Below, piece by piece: positions 24,597 to 37,231 of a stretch of DNA of 64,000 bases. This DNA comes from Squalus acanthias (taxonomy: Eukaryota), in the NCBI GenBank assembly GCA_030390025.1, contig CM059432.1:136898001-136962000 (forward strand), given 5' to 3'. Position numbers and translations under genes: made by a program. Position 1 is the stretch's first letter. Every line of letters starts with the position of its first letter. Below the pieces are notes generated by a model, which worked only from the letters and a program-made list of their open reading frames with translations, had not been told where the DNA came from and ran no database searches.

Positions 24597-25297
24597 TAAA
24601 ATGTCTCTATGTATAATTTGTGAACATTTCACAGTATGCTATTGAACAATATTTACATAAATCACATGAATGAATAAAAGGCCTTTAGCTCAACCACACA
24701 ACCCGATCATTGAAGTGTTCATTCAGAAACCAAAAAGAGCATTTTCATCTTCTTACTGCCTTGCTAACAAACCTTAATCCCTCTAAATAAGAAATCTGTA
24801 CTTCCTTTATTAAAGCTTCCACTGAGTCCACATTCAGTGCACTAAGTGCTAGTGTATTCCATAGATTAACAACTGTAAATGTGAGGAAGTTAGCTTAAAA
24901 TAGGCTTATTTTACACTGTCCTTAGCTCATGGTAATCAACCTCACTTTCTTAAGGCCTTACTATATTAACATTTCCCACCATATTTACCCTCATAGCAGT
25001 ACAGAAGTCCAAGTATAAAGCTGCTGAATCAAATCCCTTTTAACTGTGTTGCCTCGACTGAGTCCCACCAAAGGCCGTGGTGTAGTAGTAGAATAACATT
25101 GCCGTCTAACAGATGCGGGCAACGAAAATGGACCTTCATTCAATAAAGGTTACATCATGGGCCACTGTTTATGCCTACTTATTGACATATGTCAAATCTT
25201 TCAAATCATTAAATAACACATAAATGGATAGAATTTGTATATAATTGGCTGCACATACTGGGTGCATGCTGATTTCCTCTAACTTGGTGTTGCAGTT

Positions 25298-25523
25298 CAT
25301 AGAATGATACAGCACAGAAGGAGGCCATTCGGCCCATCGTGCCTGTGCCGGCTCTTTGAAAGTGCGATCCAATTAGTCCCACATCCCCTGCTCTTTCCCC
25401 AGAGCCCTGCAATTTTCTCCCCTTCAAGTATTTATCCAAGTCCCTTTTGAAAGTCACTACTCAATCAGCTTCCCTTTCAGGGAGCGCATTCCAGATCGTA
25501 ACAACTCGCTGCTTAAAAATAAA
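25298..25523 (-). mobile_element. CR1 3' fragment
   Basis: catagaa...acagcacagaaggaggccattcggcccatcg tail, as in the other CR1 copies. Confidence 0.82.
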
Positions 25524-26406
25524 GGGGGAGAACTTCGGTATCGCTCCGTTTGGGGTGCAATTATCGGCCGGGCGCAAAGCTTAGCGCCTGGCGCTAATTA
25601 TCGCCTCTGACTGCAAACTTGGCTTCTATCGCCCCTGGAGGTGATTGGAGCGTTAAATCAGGCACTACACACCTCTCTTAAGGCGCTAACGCCGAGGAGC
25701 GAGGCGCTACCTCAGAGCGCTGGCGAAGCTCATGTGATGTCAGTCAGCAATGGAACACAGACACACTGGCGCCGGCCAGTTCTTAAAGGGGAGGGTCGAT
25801 CTTGCTCTCCATCCACACACTGCTTATTGCAGCCTTGAATCTCGGCCTGGAGAGACCAGTACATAAATTCTGCTGGAAAGAACAATGGAGAGGCCCAGGG
25901 AAAGAGCTCAGAGTGCAGCCCCCGTAGTCTCTTCTAAATCGATGCAAGGAAGGACAAATCAAAATGAACCTGCAAAGTGCAGCTCAATACCCAAAACTCC
26001 TTCACACAGCGTTGAATCTCTCCAGAAGTCTCTCTCTCTCTCTCTCTCAAAATGCGTGGTGCAAAAATGTCGCCGACAAAAAAAGGCAGGAAGCGTTCGC
26101 CTTTAAATAGCGCTCCCCCAGTCCCTTCCTGACTGCAAAACGTTCCCCTTAACTTGTCGTTGCTAGCGGCAGGCGGTAAGGCAGGGGGCGCAACTCAATA
26201 TCCGGTCCAGGGCGCTACCGGGGCGTTGCACGCTCGACTGACGTCACGATCTGCAGGCGCAGGAGATTGTAGCGGTAGTGTTTAGCGCTGCCACAAAATG
26301 TCTGGTCAATTTCGCGAGCGCCGCAAACATCGCCGTGCCCGGGCGCTAGTTGCTTTGCGCCCCATTAGCGCTAACGGGAGGCGCTAATCAACCAAATGTT
26401 TCCTCC
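25524..26406 (+). mobile_element. Harbinger-type MITE (~883 bp)
   Basis: Colinear with 52671-53564, degenerate TIR, aaa/aaa flanks. Confidence 0.88.
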
Positions 26407-26595
26407 AAAGTCTCCTCAATTCCCCATGTCATGCACAAGATATACATGATGGAAAGTATATATGTCTGCAATCATGCATTGATTGATATTCTGAGTTTAA
26501 TAGGAAAGCAGGGTGTCTTGCAAGAACAACTGAGTCTGTTCAATGATGCACGACCTCAATATAATAAGGCATTATCCTGTTTGAAAAAGAGATGA

Positions 26596-27515
26596 AAGAA
26601 AGAACTTGCATTTATATAGCGCCTTTCAATGCCTCAGGGCGTCCCAAAGCGCTTTACAACCAATGAAATATTTTTGAAGTGTAGTCACAGTTGTAACGTA
26701 GGAAACGCAGCAGCCACTTGGTGCACAGCAAGCTCCCACAAACAGCAATGTGATAAATGACCAGATAATCTGTTTTTAGTGATGTTAGTTGAGGGATAAA
26801 TATTGACCAGGACACCAGGGAGATCTCGCTTGCTCTTCTTTGAAATAGTTTTTTTTAATTCATTCACGGCATCACTGGCAAGGCCGGCGTTTATTGCCCA
26901 TCCCTAATTTCACTTGAGAAGGTGGTGGTGAGGCCCCTTCTTGAACCGCTGTAGTCCATGTGGATTATGCTTTGTTGTAGCGGTTTGGTACAACTGAGTG
27001 GCTTGCTCGGTCATTTCAGAGGGCAGTTAAGAGTCAACCACATTGCCGTGGGTCTGCAGTCACATATAGGCCAGACCGGGTAAGGATGGCAGATTTCCTT
27101 CCCTAAAAGGACATTCGTGAACCAGATGGGTTTTTACAACAATCCAGTAGTTACATGGTCACCACATACCAGCTTTATTTAATTAACTGAATTTAAATTC
27201 CTCAACTGCCGTGGTGGGATTTAAACTCGCGTCACTGCACCATTAGTCCAGGCTTCTGGATTACTAGTCCAGTAACATAACCACTATGCTACCATTCCCA
27301 GACCATGGGATCTTTTATGTCCTCCTGAGACAGCAGACGGGGCCTCGGTTTAACGTCTCATCCGAAAGACGGCACCTCTGACAGTGCAGCACTCCCTCAA
27401 CACTGCACTGGAGAGTCAGCCTGGATTTTATGCTCAAGTCTCTGGAGTGGGACTTGAACTCACAACCTTCTGACTCAGAGACAAGTGCGCTACCAACTGA
27501 GCCACGGCTGACACT
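26596..27515 (-). mobile_element. Full DeuSINE-like tRNA SINE interrupted by another SINE
   Basis: tRNA-like head at 27445-27512, Deu-domain-like core TCTTTCGGATGAGACGTTAAACCGAGG, L2-like tail ggcgctatataaatgcaagttctttc. Confidence 0.85.
26849..27300 (-). mobile_element. tRNA-headed SINE with the 3' tail of the 21467/30008 LINE family
   Basis: Head tggtagcatagtggttatgttactggac...gagtttaaatccc. Tail caccaccaccttctcaag...gggatgggcaataaa..poly-A. Confidence 0.8.
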
Positions 27516-29337
27516 AAATGACATGAAATCTTGCTGTCACTCTATTTAACACATAAGAAGCAAACAGAAAGTAGATCAGCCACCGGTAGAAAACCGTTGC
27601 TATGTCTGAAAGTTGTGAACAGGAATTTCAGATTTGCGATTTGGCTCCCAGGAATCCATTTGATTCAACACTCACCACATACTGATCAAGTTGAAATGAG
27701 TCCTTTTTGGATGGTATTCAAAGACACCCTTAAAACAAAATCCAATTTAGTGAGAATTGTTAAAGAAACTCTCAATTTTTCTCCTCCGTTCTGTTTCGTT
27801 CCCAACTCCTTGTTCTGCCCTAAACAAAAACATAGCAGTGGTTGGGGAGAGGGAAGGATAGGAGAAAAGGTAGTTTCCGTTCCTCTTGAAAGAAAGATCG
27901 AAAGACCGACTTGCATTTCCATAGCGCCTTTCACGTCCTCGGGATGCCCCAACGCGCTTTACAGCCAATGAAGTACACTCAATGCGATGGGAAATCTTGC
28001 CCCTCCAGATGATCTCTTGCGGCTGGTATTCAAACTCAGCTTCCTTGGTTCAGAATCCACTCCTTATTTTTTTGTTGTTGTTACAGTAGTTTTTGACAAT
28101 TTCTTTTTTTTACAGGCAGTGAAACTGAAGAGAGTTCCCAACGTAATTACATTCCTGTCGGGTAATATTTACTGATATGTGCTGTATTTAAATAAGGATC
28201 CAAGAGGTTTCACAGCATTTTTTGCATAATACAAAATACCACAAGTAGCAATGATCAATCTCTTGTACATCAACCAGGAGCTTGTTTCACTTGGAAATAG
28301 CAATCAAAATAATATTGAGCTCATTTCTCAGAATAAGGTCACACTTGATTTAATGATGAAATCCATTAAATGATGATCATAAATTGGTTGCAAGCACAGT
28401 TCAGAACCATATCCAGATGACACAACTCTCTTAAGAGTAATTTACTCCAGTATACCAATTTGTAGACTAAATAGCAAGACTGCAAAAGAAAGAATCTTCC
28501 TTCAATAATTTTGAGTGTTTAGTTAAAGTGAGCCAAGTTCCTTTTACTTGATGAATTGGATTTAATCAGTTGCACTTAGGCACAAGGGGGGAAATGCAAT
28601 TTGTTGAGGAACAAATGGAGGGTGTGCCTCAGCTACTGTATTGAGTAACACCTCCTTCTCCCATCAGCATCAGCTCTGAGGTGCTCGCAATGTGACTGCA
28701 CGGAGAACTGCCGGCTAGTGGTAATGGTTGGGGGGGGGGGGTGAAAGGCCGGATTGATTTTCTTCTTTGCCTTGTTTCCTGGGTCACCGATAGCAGAACT
28801 TTATGGCCAGGATTTTGCTCTCAGCGGCGAAGGAACGGCTTTCGCTGTTCATCTCGCTGACAGCTGCCCAGAGGCTTTTCGCAGGCTCGTCAGTGGAGAT
28901 TTCCGCTAATCTTTTCCAGCATGGTGCCCTCTACAGGGGATCTGTGGCATCTGCGAGCAGGAAAAGGAACAGCGAGGCTCTTCAACCAATCAGATTGAAG
29001 TATTCTTGCGGAGACATGCAGAGGCCAAACTAGGAAGTATGAAGCAGGAAATATAAATTAGGTAAAAAAAGAAGCAAAATAAAGATTGGCAAAGACAGAT
29101 GGGATTAAGAGAGAGAGAGATAAAAGAGTCAAACAGAAAAAGTAAAAAATATATTTTAATTTTTTTTTTAATCTGCATCGTTAATTTTCTTCTGAGGGAA
29201 TGAGACGCCACTAATATAAAATTAATTTTTCAGGGCCACGAGGTTGTTCAGCAGTAATTATCACTTATTGTGCCATTAAAAACTAACTTACCCCTAAATG
29301 CACCAGCCCTAACTTTATCAGCCATTTTTAGTGCGGT

Positions 29338-29876
29338 ATCATAGAATCATAGAATAGTACAGCACAGAAGGAGGCTATTCAGCCCATCGAGTCTGCGCCG
29401 GCTCTTTCGTAGAGCAATCCAGTTAGTCCCACTCCCCCACTCTTTCCCCATATTCCTGCAATTATTTCTCCTTCAAGTATTTACCCAATTCCTTTTTGAA
29501 GGCTACTATTGAATCTGTATCCATCGCCCTATCAGGCAGTGCATTCCAAATCCTAACCACTCGTTGCGTAAAAAAGTTTTCCCTCATGTTGCCTCTGGTT
29601 CTTTGGCCAATCACCTTAAATCTGTGCCCTTTCATTATCGACCCGACAGCCACGGGAAACAGTTTCTCTTTATTTACTTTATCAAAAACCCTTCATGATT
29701 TTAAACACCTCTATCAAATCTCCTCTTAGCCTTCTCTGCTCTAAGGAGAACACCACCAGCTTCTCAAGTCTATCCATATAACTGTAATCCCTCATCCTTG
29801 GAACCATTCTACTAAATCTCTTCTGTACGCTCTCCAAAGCCTTCACGCCCTTCCTTAAGTGTGGTGCTCAGAATAG
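29338..29876 (-). mobile_element. CR1 3' fragment
   Basis: GHRFKVIG..TRGNMRENFFTQRVVRIWNALP and an (ATTCTATG)n tail. Confidence 0.9.
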
Positions 29877-30007
29877 AAGGAAAGTACCTCAGGTTCACGA
29901 CATTACTGTGATTTCAGTGCCGAGCCTATTGGCAACAGCGCACCCTGTGGTGGAGCGGGGTATCACTGATAGCAACTTCTGGATTTCCGCGTTTAACTGT
30001 GCATGTG

Positions 30008-30810
30008 GCTGATAAATGGAAGGTAACAATCGCGCCACAGAAGTGCCAAGCAATGACTATCTCCAACAAGCAAGAGTCTAGCCACTGCCCCTTGACATTC
30101 AACAGCATTACCATCGCCGAATCCCCCACCATCAACATCCTGGGGGTCACCATTGACCAGAAACTTAACTGGACCAGCCGCATAAATACTGTGGCAACAA
30201 GAGCAGGTCAGAGGCTGGGTATTCTGCGGCGAGTGTCTCTCCTCCTGACTCCCCAAACCTTTCCACCATCTACAAGGCACAAGTAAGGAGTGTGATGGAA
30301 TACTCTCCACTTGCCTGGATGAGTGCAGCTGCAACAACACTCAAGAAGCTCAACACCATCCAGGACAAAGCAGCCCGCTTGATTGGCACCCCATCCACCA
30401 CCTTAAACATTCACTCCCTCCACCACCAGCGTACCATGACTGCAGTGTGTACCATCTACACGATGCACTGCAGCAACTCTCCGAGGCTTCTTCGGCAGCA
30501 CCTCCCAAACCTGCGACTTCTTCCACCTAGAAGGACAAGGGCAGCAGGCGCATGGGAACACCACCACCGCCAAGTTCCCACCAAGTCACACACCAGCCTG
30601 ACTTAGAAGTATATCGCCGATCCTTCATCGTCACTGGGTCAAAATCCTGAAACTCCCTCCCTAACAACACTGTGGGAGTACCATCACCACACGCACTGCA
30701 GCAGTTCAAGAAGGCGGCTCACCACCACCTTCTCAAGGGCAATTAGGGATGGGCAATAAATGCTGGCCTTGCCAGCGATGCCCACATCCCATAAACGAAT
30801 AAAAAAAAAA
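30008..30810 (+). mobile_element. 5'-truncated Zenon-like CR1-group LINE
   Basis: Highly similar to the reverse complement of 21467-22280, poly-A tail, atgtg duplication at both ends. Confidence 0.9.
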
Positions 30811-32245
30811 TGTGCGGATGCCAGAAGTTGCTGACAGATTTACCCTGCAATAACTGCAAGCGCCGATAGCCTCGCCATTATTATTACATCAAAATCTGGG
30901 CCAATGAGAATCATACCCACCCCACAACCACCCCCATCCAATCCGGAAGGGGTGGGGAGGACATGTAACAATTCCTCTCCACTAACTTTAGCAGAAAAAA
31001 AAGGCATCAAGAAAAAAGAAGACTGTCCTAAATTCGTCCTCGGACCTCATCATCATAATTTCAGTGAGCTGTGGGCAGCAATCTGACACGCGATGCAGGT
31101 TGTTAGTTGGGTACCAAACCAATCTCGGTCTGAGCTGAGGCCCACAGATAAATCCAATGGGGGATGTGGGAGGTGATCGGATAAGGAGGGGGGCGGGTGT
31201 GGTTCAACGGAGACCAAGGGCTCGATTTTAATAGCCCTGAGGAGGCATGTTTGGAGGCGGGTCTGTTGGGAAAATCGGGAAAAATGGCTTCAGACACCCA
31301 ACCCGCCTCCATCCCGCCCCCACCCGATTTTCCTGAGTGTCTGTTTAGCTGCTCCCAAACTGACTCGTCTCCAACCGATGGGACAGGTAGTTAAGGCAGT
31401 TAACAGCCTGTTAACTGCCTTGCTAATCCTATTTTCATCGTGGTTTCCCATTTTCCTGCTTCTGGCTCCTGTTTCCCGACTAGTCAGAAACAGGCCAGGT
31501 TCAAGGAGACGAGTTGCTGGAGGACACCATTTGTATGCATTGGTGGAGCGCTTTAAAAGCGCCCCTGAAACATGGCTGACATTCAAATGCAACAACTTTG
31601 CTGTTGTAGGTTTGGGATAACATTTTGCACATCTACTGACCTTTTGACTGTTCAAGCTGACACCCATCTGCAGTGTGTCATGAATGGAAATATTTCAGGC
31701 CACTTCGACTGTGCGCTTGCAAGATTGTTACCTCAAATTAAATCTATAGCAAGGAGATGGGAAACATTTATGCCCTCACATCCTGGTCCTCATAATCGGG
31801 GGAGCAGCAGCTGCGTGGCTCAGCACAGATCTTCCTGGGAAGAGGAGGAGGAGGAGGACGAGGGGAGCCTTGCATACCCTGTTGTGACCAATGCAGCATC
31901 CCTCCAGTTCACTGCTGCCCGTTAAGCAGGGTATGCACACTGCCATGCCACACTACCATAAGCTTACTCTTCGACCATAGGTGGCCACCATACGGCTCTG
32001 TAATTGCAGGTGACACTTGTCCTACGTCATACTTCATCTCTGCTAGACCCTCTTATTTCCTGTCACTTTTACCATCAGCATTACAAATGCAAGTCACCCT
32101 GAGCCCTCAATGCGCTTTTGCCATTTCCCAGAACACATCAGCCACACAATCAACTGTTTGACATAATTTATCTTTAACACATGACAAAATATACCAGCAA
32201 CAGTCAGAACAAAAAGAAACATCACCCAAGTGAGTCCCCTTGTGA

Positions 32246-34417
32246 CTATAGGTGCTTAATCTTTCTCTTACGCATGCTTCTACGTGGTGCTTCCCCTGTG
32301 GCTTCAGCAGATGTAGAGACACCTTGCTGACTAGGATGCTGCACCTGCTTAGATGCCTTTGGCGGGCATCCTCTGGGTTTGGGAGCCTGGGTGGACTCTT
32401 CAACAGTCTGCTCTTCCTGCGGCTGTGCAGGGGCTGAAACGGCCATCTCAGTTGTCTCTGCAAAGTGGGTCTGTGACCAAGGGCTCCGCAGTGGCATGGT
32501 CGTGTGAGTGCTTTGAGAGGAGCCCACACTTCCTTCTGTCCTGCCAACAACATCCCTCTCATGGGTCAGCCGCACCTCAGTGCTGGCAAGTGGCAGGAGA
32601 GCACCTTGCTGCACTTCAGGGGGGCCATGAGGACCCGTATCTGCACTGGCAGTCCTCATCACAAGGACATCCATGAAGCTCTGGTCTCTCTGCTCAATAG
32701 CTGCCCATCGCTCCTCCAGAGACGTCATTCTATTCTGAACAGTCACCATGTTTTCCTGACACTGGTGACTTATTTCCTCCATGGCTGTAGCCATCCTTTC
32801 CACTGAGGTAGCCAGCCTTTCCACGGAGGTTGCCAGCCTATCCATGGTGGTGCGTTCATGCGCCATTGCCTCCACCACAGCAGTGCTGATGTTAGAGATG
32901 GACTCCTCCAGTCTCTCCACACTCGCACTAACCCTGGAGGCAAACCCTTCCAGAGACACCTGCACTTGTTCCTGTATTTCACGAACCGCTCTTTTTCTGG
33001 ATGGCCCCAGAGGCACAGCATCTGCATGCAGCTCAGCAGAGCTAGGAGAGTCCTGCGACCTCTGCAGGGGACTCTCCACTGCTGTCTCCACCATCTGCTG
33101 ATGCTCACTTGTGCGCTGTTATAGACCAAGTGGCAGCACTACTCTAACTCGCGAAGGCCCCACCGAGGTGTGCGTTGCTGCACTGGTGCAGGGTGCGCTG
33201 AGTCCTGGTGATGCTGGTCCCTCAGAGGCTTCAGGTTCCTCTGAGGAGATGTCTGGGTCTTCGTCCTGGATCGTGGGGAGGGGGGCACTTGATGGTCCTG
33301 TGGGAGAGTAAAGGCTTGAATTAGACATCTGATATTGATGTAGCAGACACATCCTTTTGAGCAGATGATACAAAGCGATTCTCTATGAACATCATATTCC
33401 ATTGCTTTCTGAGAGGGATGAAACTCTATTATACCACCAGCTTCCTCTAGTGTGCCCATCTCTCCATCACCCACTTCCAGGTCCTCGCCACCTCCAACAA
33501 TCTCGTTTGCTGCCTCCTCAGCACTAATCAATGTTGCTAGGGTAGGTGTTCCTCCTCCTGTCATTGCTCTTTCCCTCTTATTGTGGGCTATCTTTTCCTG
33601 CAAGTAGGGACACAAGCGGTGTTTCAGCCACAGTGATGGAGTGAGTGTGATTAATTCCTACCATAGAAGATTTGAGTGAGATGAAGATGGGGTAAGGTGC
33701 CAAGAGGAAGCTAGCTCCCTGTGCGTTGTTAGTTGTTGTCACTGCATGACAGTGAGAGCGAGTCTAAGGGGTGCATAGGCAGGATGGTGAAGTGATTCAG
33801 TGCAGAGACAGAGATGGATAGGAAAGGGTGCAAGGGAAGTAAGAGTAAGGTGGGATATGAAGGAGGAGGCTTACAACGCAGAGTGCTGGTGATGAGAAGA
33901 GAAGGGAAGCAGAGTGAAGGCAAGTGAGATAGGATACTCATTTTTGATGTTCTCACAAGATCATTAAACCTTTTGTGGCACTGGATCCATGACCGTGTTG
34001 TGGCTGCCGCGAAGCACGAATTGAAGCCGAGTCAATAAGTGGAACACATGGCTTTTAATCACATCTCTGGTAAAATGGCTGCTAACATTTCTCTGCAAAC
34101 TCTGAGGGTCACGCCCACCCTTTTTTCCCTGCCTTAAAGGCAGCATGCGCCTTAAAGGCAAGGTGCCCGATTTATTGTCCACGGACGGAAAAGTGGATTG
34201 CGCCCGGTTAGGTGGCGATCCGCCACAACCGTGCATAAATGGACCTTGTGCTCACCTCCTGAGCAATGCGCAGCCAGGCTGCCTTGGTCTGCTGAGGAGG
34301 CTTCCTCCGGCCATCAGGAGGGAAGAGAATCTCCCTGCGCCCTCTGACAGCATCCACAAGAACTTGGAGGGACTCATCATTAAAACGAGGAGCTGCCTTG
34401 CCTCTGGAAGAAGTCAT
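32246..34417 (-). pseudogene. Harbinger Myb/SANT-like DNA-binding protein gene, three exons (~34417-33942, 33597-~33436, ~33297-32246)
   Basis: APRFNDESLQVLVDAVRGRREILF..KAAWLRIAQEV..[LTR]..WIQCHKRFNDLVR, then EKIAHNKRERAMTGGG, then an acidic, coiled-coil and basic (RKRK) tail. Solo LTR in exon 1, donor reads ATGAGT, in-frame stop at 33119-33121. Confidence 0.88.
33996..34227 (-). mobile_element. Solo LTR related to the 1022-6113 Gypsy element
   Basis: tgttgtggctgccgcgaa...ggtggcgatccgccaca (232 bp) with a perfect accg/accg TSD. Confidence 0.93.
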
Positions 34418-35130
34418 AGCTTTGAAAAGAAGTGCAGGAAACCAGAATGGAAAGGCTCAGACTGGATGGCAGCTTTAAAAGGAGCTGCTATTATGACGTC
34501 ATCAGAGGCGGCCAGCCGACCCGATCCCACTCATTGGACCGGCCAGCGCGCCTCCATGAAATTAACAAGGTACTTTAATAAAAATCACAACTCTGCAGCT
34601 GATCCCGCCAGAAGCGGCTCCCGAACCCGCCCACCACGCAACCCGACTCCAACCCGCCTAGGGAATTAAAATCGAGCCCCAACAGTTGTTTTATGGAGCA
34701 CTCCTACTCATTCCTGCTCCGCAAAACCAAAAATTTCTCAAAGTTTTGAGACCATTTTTATTTGAGTGGCCTCCTGCGTGTAGTTAAGGCACGCTCTGAC
34801 TAGTCTAATTTAGAAATTTGGGTCAGAAATGGGTGCAGAAGACTTACTTCAATAAAATATAAAAACCCCGGCCAATTTAACCATGAGCCGAATGCCCATG
34901 TAAATGGGGTGCTCGGTTTCTGCCTTACTAAATTGGTTATCGTTGCACCCGTTGAATGCAACAATGTTGAATTTCTGCCCCTTGACTTTAATTGTACTTA
35001 CCCCTGCTCTGCTCCACTCTCTCCAGCTTTGATATTTCCTTCAAGTGATTCTGTCCTTCTGCGGGTCTTGCGTTTGTAATTTGGCATCTCCCAACTCCAC
35101 CCTGGTGTGACCGCTAACTCATACGCACCC

Positions 35131-35444
35131 GGCAACACGGTGGCATAGTGGTTAGCACGGTTGCCTCACAGCGCCAGGGACCCGGGTTCGAATCCGGCCT
35201 CGGGTGACTGTCTGTGTGGAGTTTGCACATTCTCCCCGTGTCTGCGTGGGTTTCCTCCGGGTGCTCCGGTTTCCTCCCACAGTCCAAAGATGTGCGGGTT
35301 AGGTTGATTTGGCTGTGATAAATTGACCCTTAGTGTTAGGGGGATTAAATACGTGGGGTTACGGGGATAGGGTGGGATGTGTGTCGGTGCAGGCTCGATG
35401 GGCCAAAATGGCCTCTATCTGCACTGTGGGGATTCTGTGATTCT
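35131..35444 (+). mobile_element. HE1/V-SINE-like tRNA-derived SINE, full length
   Basis: A box TGGCATAGTGG, B box GGTTCGAATCC, V-domain-like gtgtggagtttgcacattctccccgtgtctgcgtgggtttcctccggg, CR1-like tail gattctgtgattct. Confidence 0.92.
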
Positions 35445-36220
35445 CACTGCAACAGCTCCTTCTGCCATGAGGGAAGCATGTCTGACAGGAGCTGATGGCT
35501 AAGCTCGGTATTGTGTGTACTAGTCAAAGATCCAGGGGAGACGGTGAAGATGGCATGCCTTAAGGAAGCCGCCAAGGCTTCCATTTACCAAGTATATAAC
35601 CAACGTGTGCATGCCACAAAAAGTTGCCGGGCAACCTGTTACACACATGTCTGCCCTCACACAAGCCTACGTAGGGCACATATTACAGCCATAACTTATA
35701 ATTGAAAGATTCGACAATCTTATACCTTCAAAGAACTTCACACAAAGAAGAACTGCAACACAACTTAGCTGTGTGATCACTTAGTGGTACCCAGGATCTG
35801 CTGCAGCTTCAGTCTGTCACTGTCCATGTGCTCATTCAATTTACAATAATATGTCTATTTTACTTCTCTGCTTGCACAAGATGGCCCCCTAATGCAAAGA
35901 ATCCTGAACTGGAGGAGATTCAGAAATGACAAGTCTCTTTACTCCCTTGGAAGAGGTCACCCCGGGCAAACCTTGCCGAAAAGATCATGAAAGGGCAAGA
36001 GAAGCCACGGGGTATGAGCTGGACATTGACTTCAATAGAAAAGAATATCAGGCGCGGTGTAAAACGGGATGCCAATTCGCTGCTTGACATGGACCAATTT
36101 CACCCCCAATTTGTTTACTGTGCACAGAAAGAATTAATCTGAACAGTGGGTAGATAGTAACTGGATGGATGGTGCAGGCAGACTATGTTACACAAAAGAG
36201 ATAACAGCTAGAAAAAAAAA

Positions 36221-36545
36221 GAAATACTTGCCTTTATATAGCACCTTTCACAACCTCAGGAGATCCCAAAACGCTTTACAGCCAATGAAGTATTTCATTG
36301 CATTATTTCGAAGAAGGGCAGGGGAATTCTCCCTGGTGTCCTGGCCCGGCCAATATTTATCCCTCAATCAACATCACTGAAACAGATTATCTGGTCATTA
36401 TCACATTGCTGTTTGTGGGAGCTTGCTGTGTTTCCTACATTACAACAGTGACTACACTTCAAAGTTTCTTCATCGGCTGTAAAACGCTATGGGACATCCT
36501 GAGATGGTGAAAGGCGCTATATAAATGCAAGTTGATGCTTTCTTT
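36221..36545. mobile_element. DeuSINE-like fragments in inverted arrangement (minus tail ~36221-36298, plus ~36303-36545)
   Basis: Both pieces match 26596-26848 in opposite orientations. Confidence 0.7.
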
Positions 36546-36892
36546 CTTATAATAAATACACTGCTATCTCCTCGTGTTATTAAAATGGGCACCTTTGTGC
36601 CTCCTGACTGCTGGGACTTTGAGTATATGAGTGCTTTTCCACACTTGTTCTGGTCTGTGGAGCAGTGCAATAACACCTTCTCCGTGTAACTATTTCTCAT
36701 TAATTATTAACCAAATCTGCAGGTGCAGTACCAGACCAGTAATCTGCTCCAGACTGATCATGATGCCTCGCTGAGCAGAACTAACCACCTAGTCCATCCA
36801 CCATCCTAGACCCTGCCCATTCAATGACTACAACACATATTCTACTGCAACAAAATGGCAATTTTCCCCTCCAAACTGAATATTTCTTCTAC

Positions 36893-37155
36893 AACAACTT
36901 GCATTTATACAGCACGTCTCAAGGTGCTTCACAGGAGCGTTATTAGACAACATTTGACACTGAGCCACGTAAGGAGGTATTAGGGCAGGAGGTTGGTCAA
37001 AGAGGTAGGTATTTAAGGAGTATCTTAAATGAGGAGAGGCGGAGAAGTTTAGGGAGAGAATTCTAGAGCTTAGGGCCTAGGCAGCTGAAGGCACGGCCGC
37101 CAATGGTGGGGCGAAGAAAATCAGGGATGCTCAAGAGGCCAGAATTGGAGGAGAG
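36893..37155 (-). mobile_element. L2 3' fragment
   Basis: acaacaacttgcatttata...gagccacgtaaggag...cctaggcagctgaaggcacggcc. Confidence 0.82.
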
Positions 37156-37231
37156 CAGGACCACTGCTGAGTCTGAGCAACTCCAGAAAAACACCTCAGT
37201 GCCTCTGAGCTAAGGAGGAGACAATCAGCAG

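Larger units (their letters stand above)
28805..30902. mobile_element. Harbinger-type MITE hosting two LINE insertions
   Basis: TIR GGCCAGGATTTT / AAAATCTGGGCC with tat/aat flanks. The internal inverted repeat agcaacttctgg / ccagaagttgct is split by the LINE. Confidence 0.65.
31218..34679. mobile_element. Harbinger/PIF DNA transposon (3462 bp) with Myb/SANT gene and no recognisable transposase
   Basis: Perfect 15-bp TIR GGGCTCGATTTTAAT / ATTAAAATCGAGCCC, TSD caa/caa, Myb-like ORF. Confidence 0.92.

Noticed and set aside
35131..35205. tRNA gene
   Set aside because: The A/B boxes belong to a SINE head followed by SINE core and tail. The same applies at 62796 and 27445-27512.
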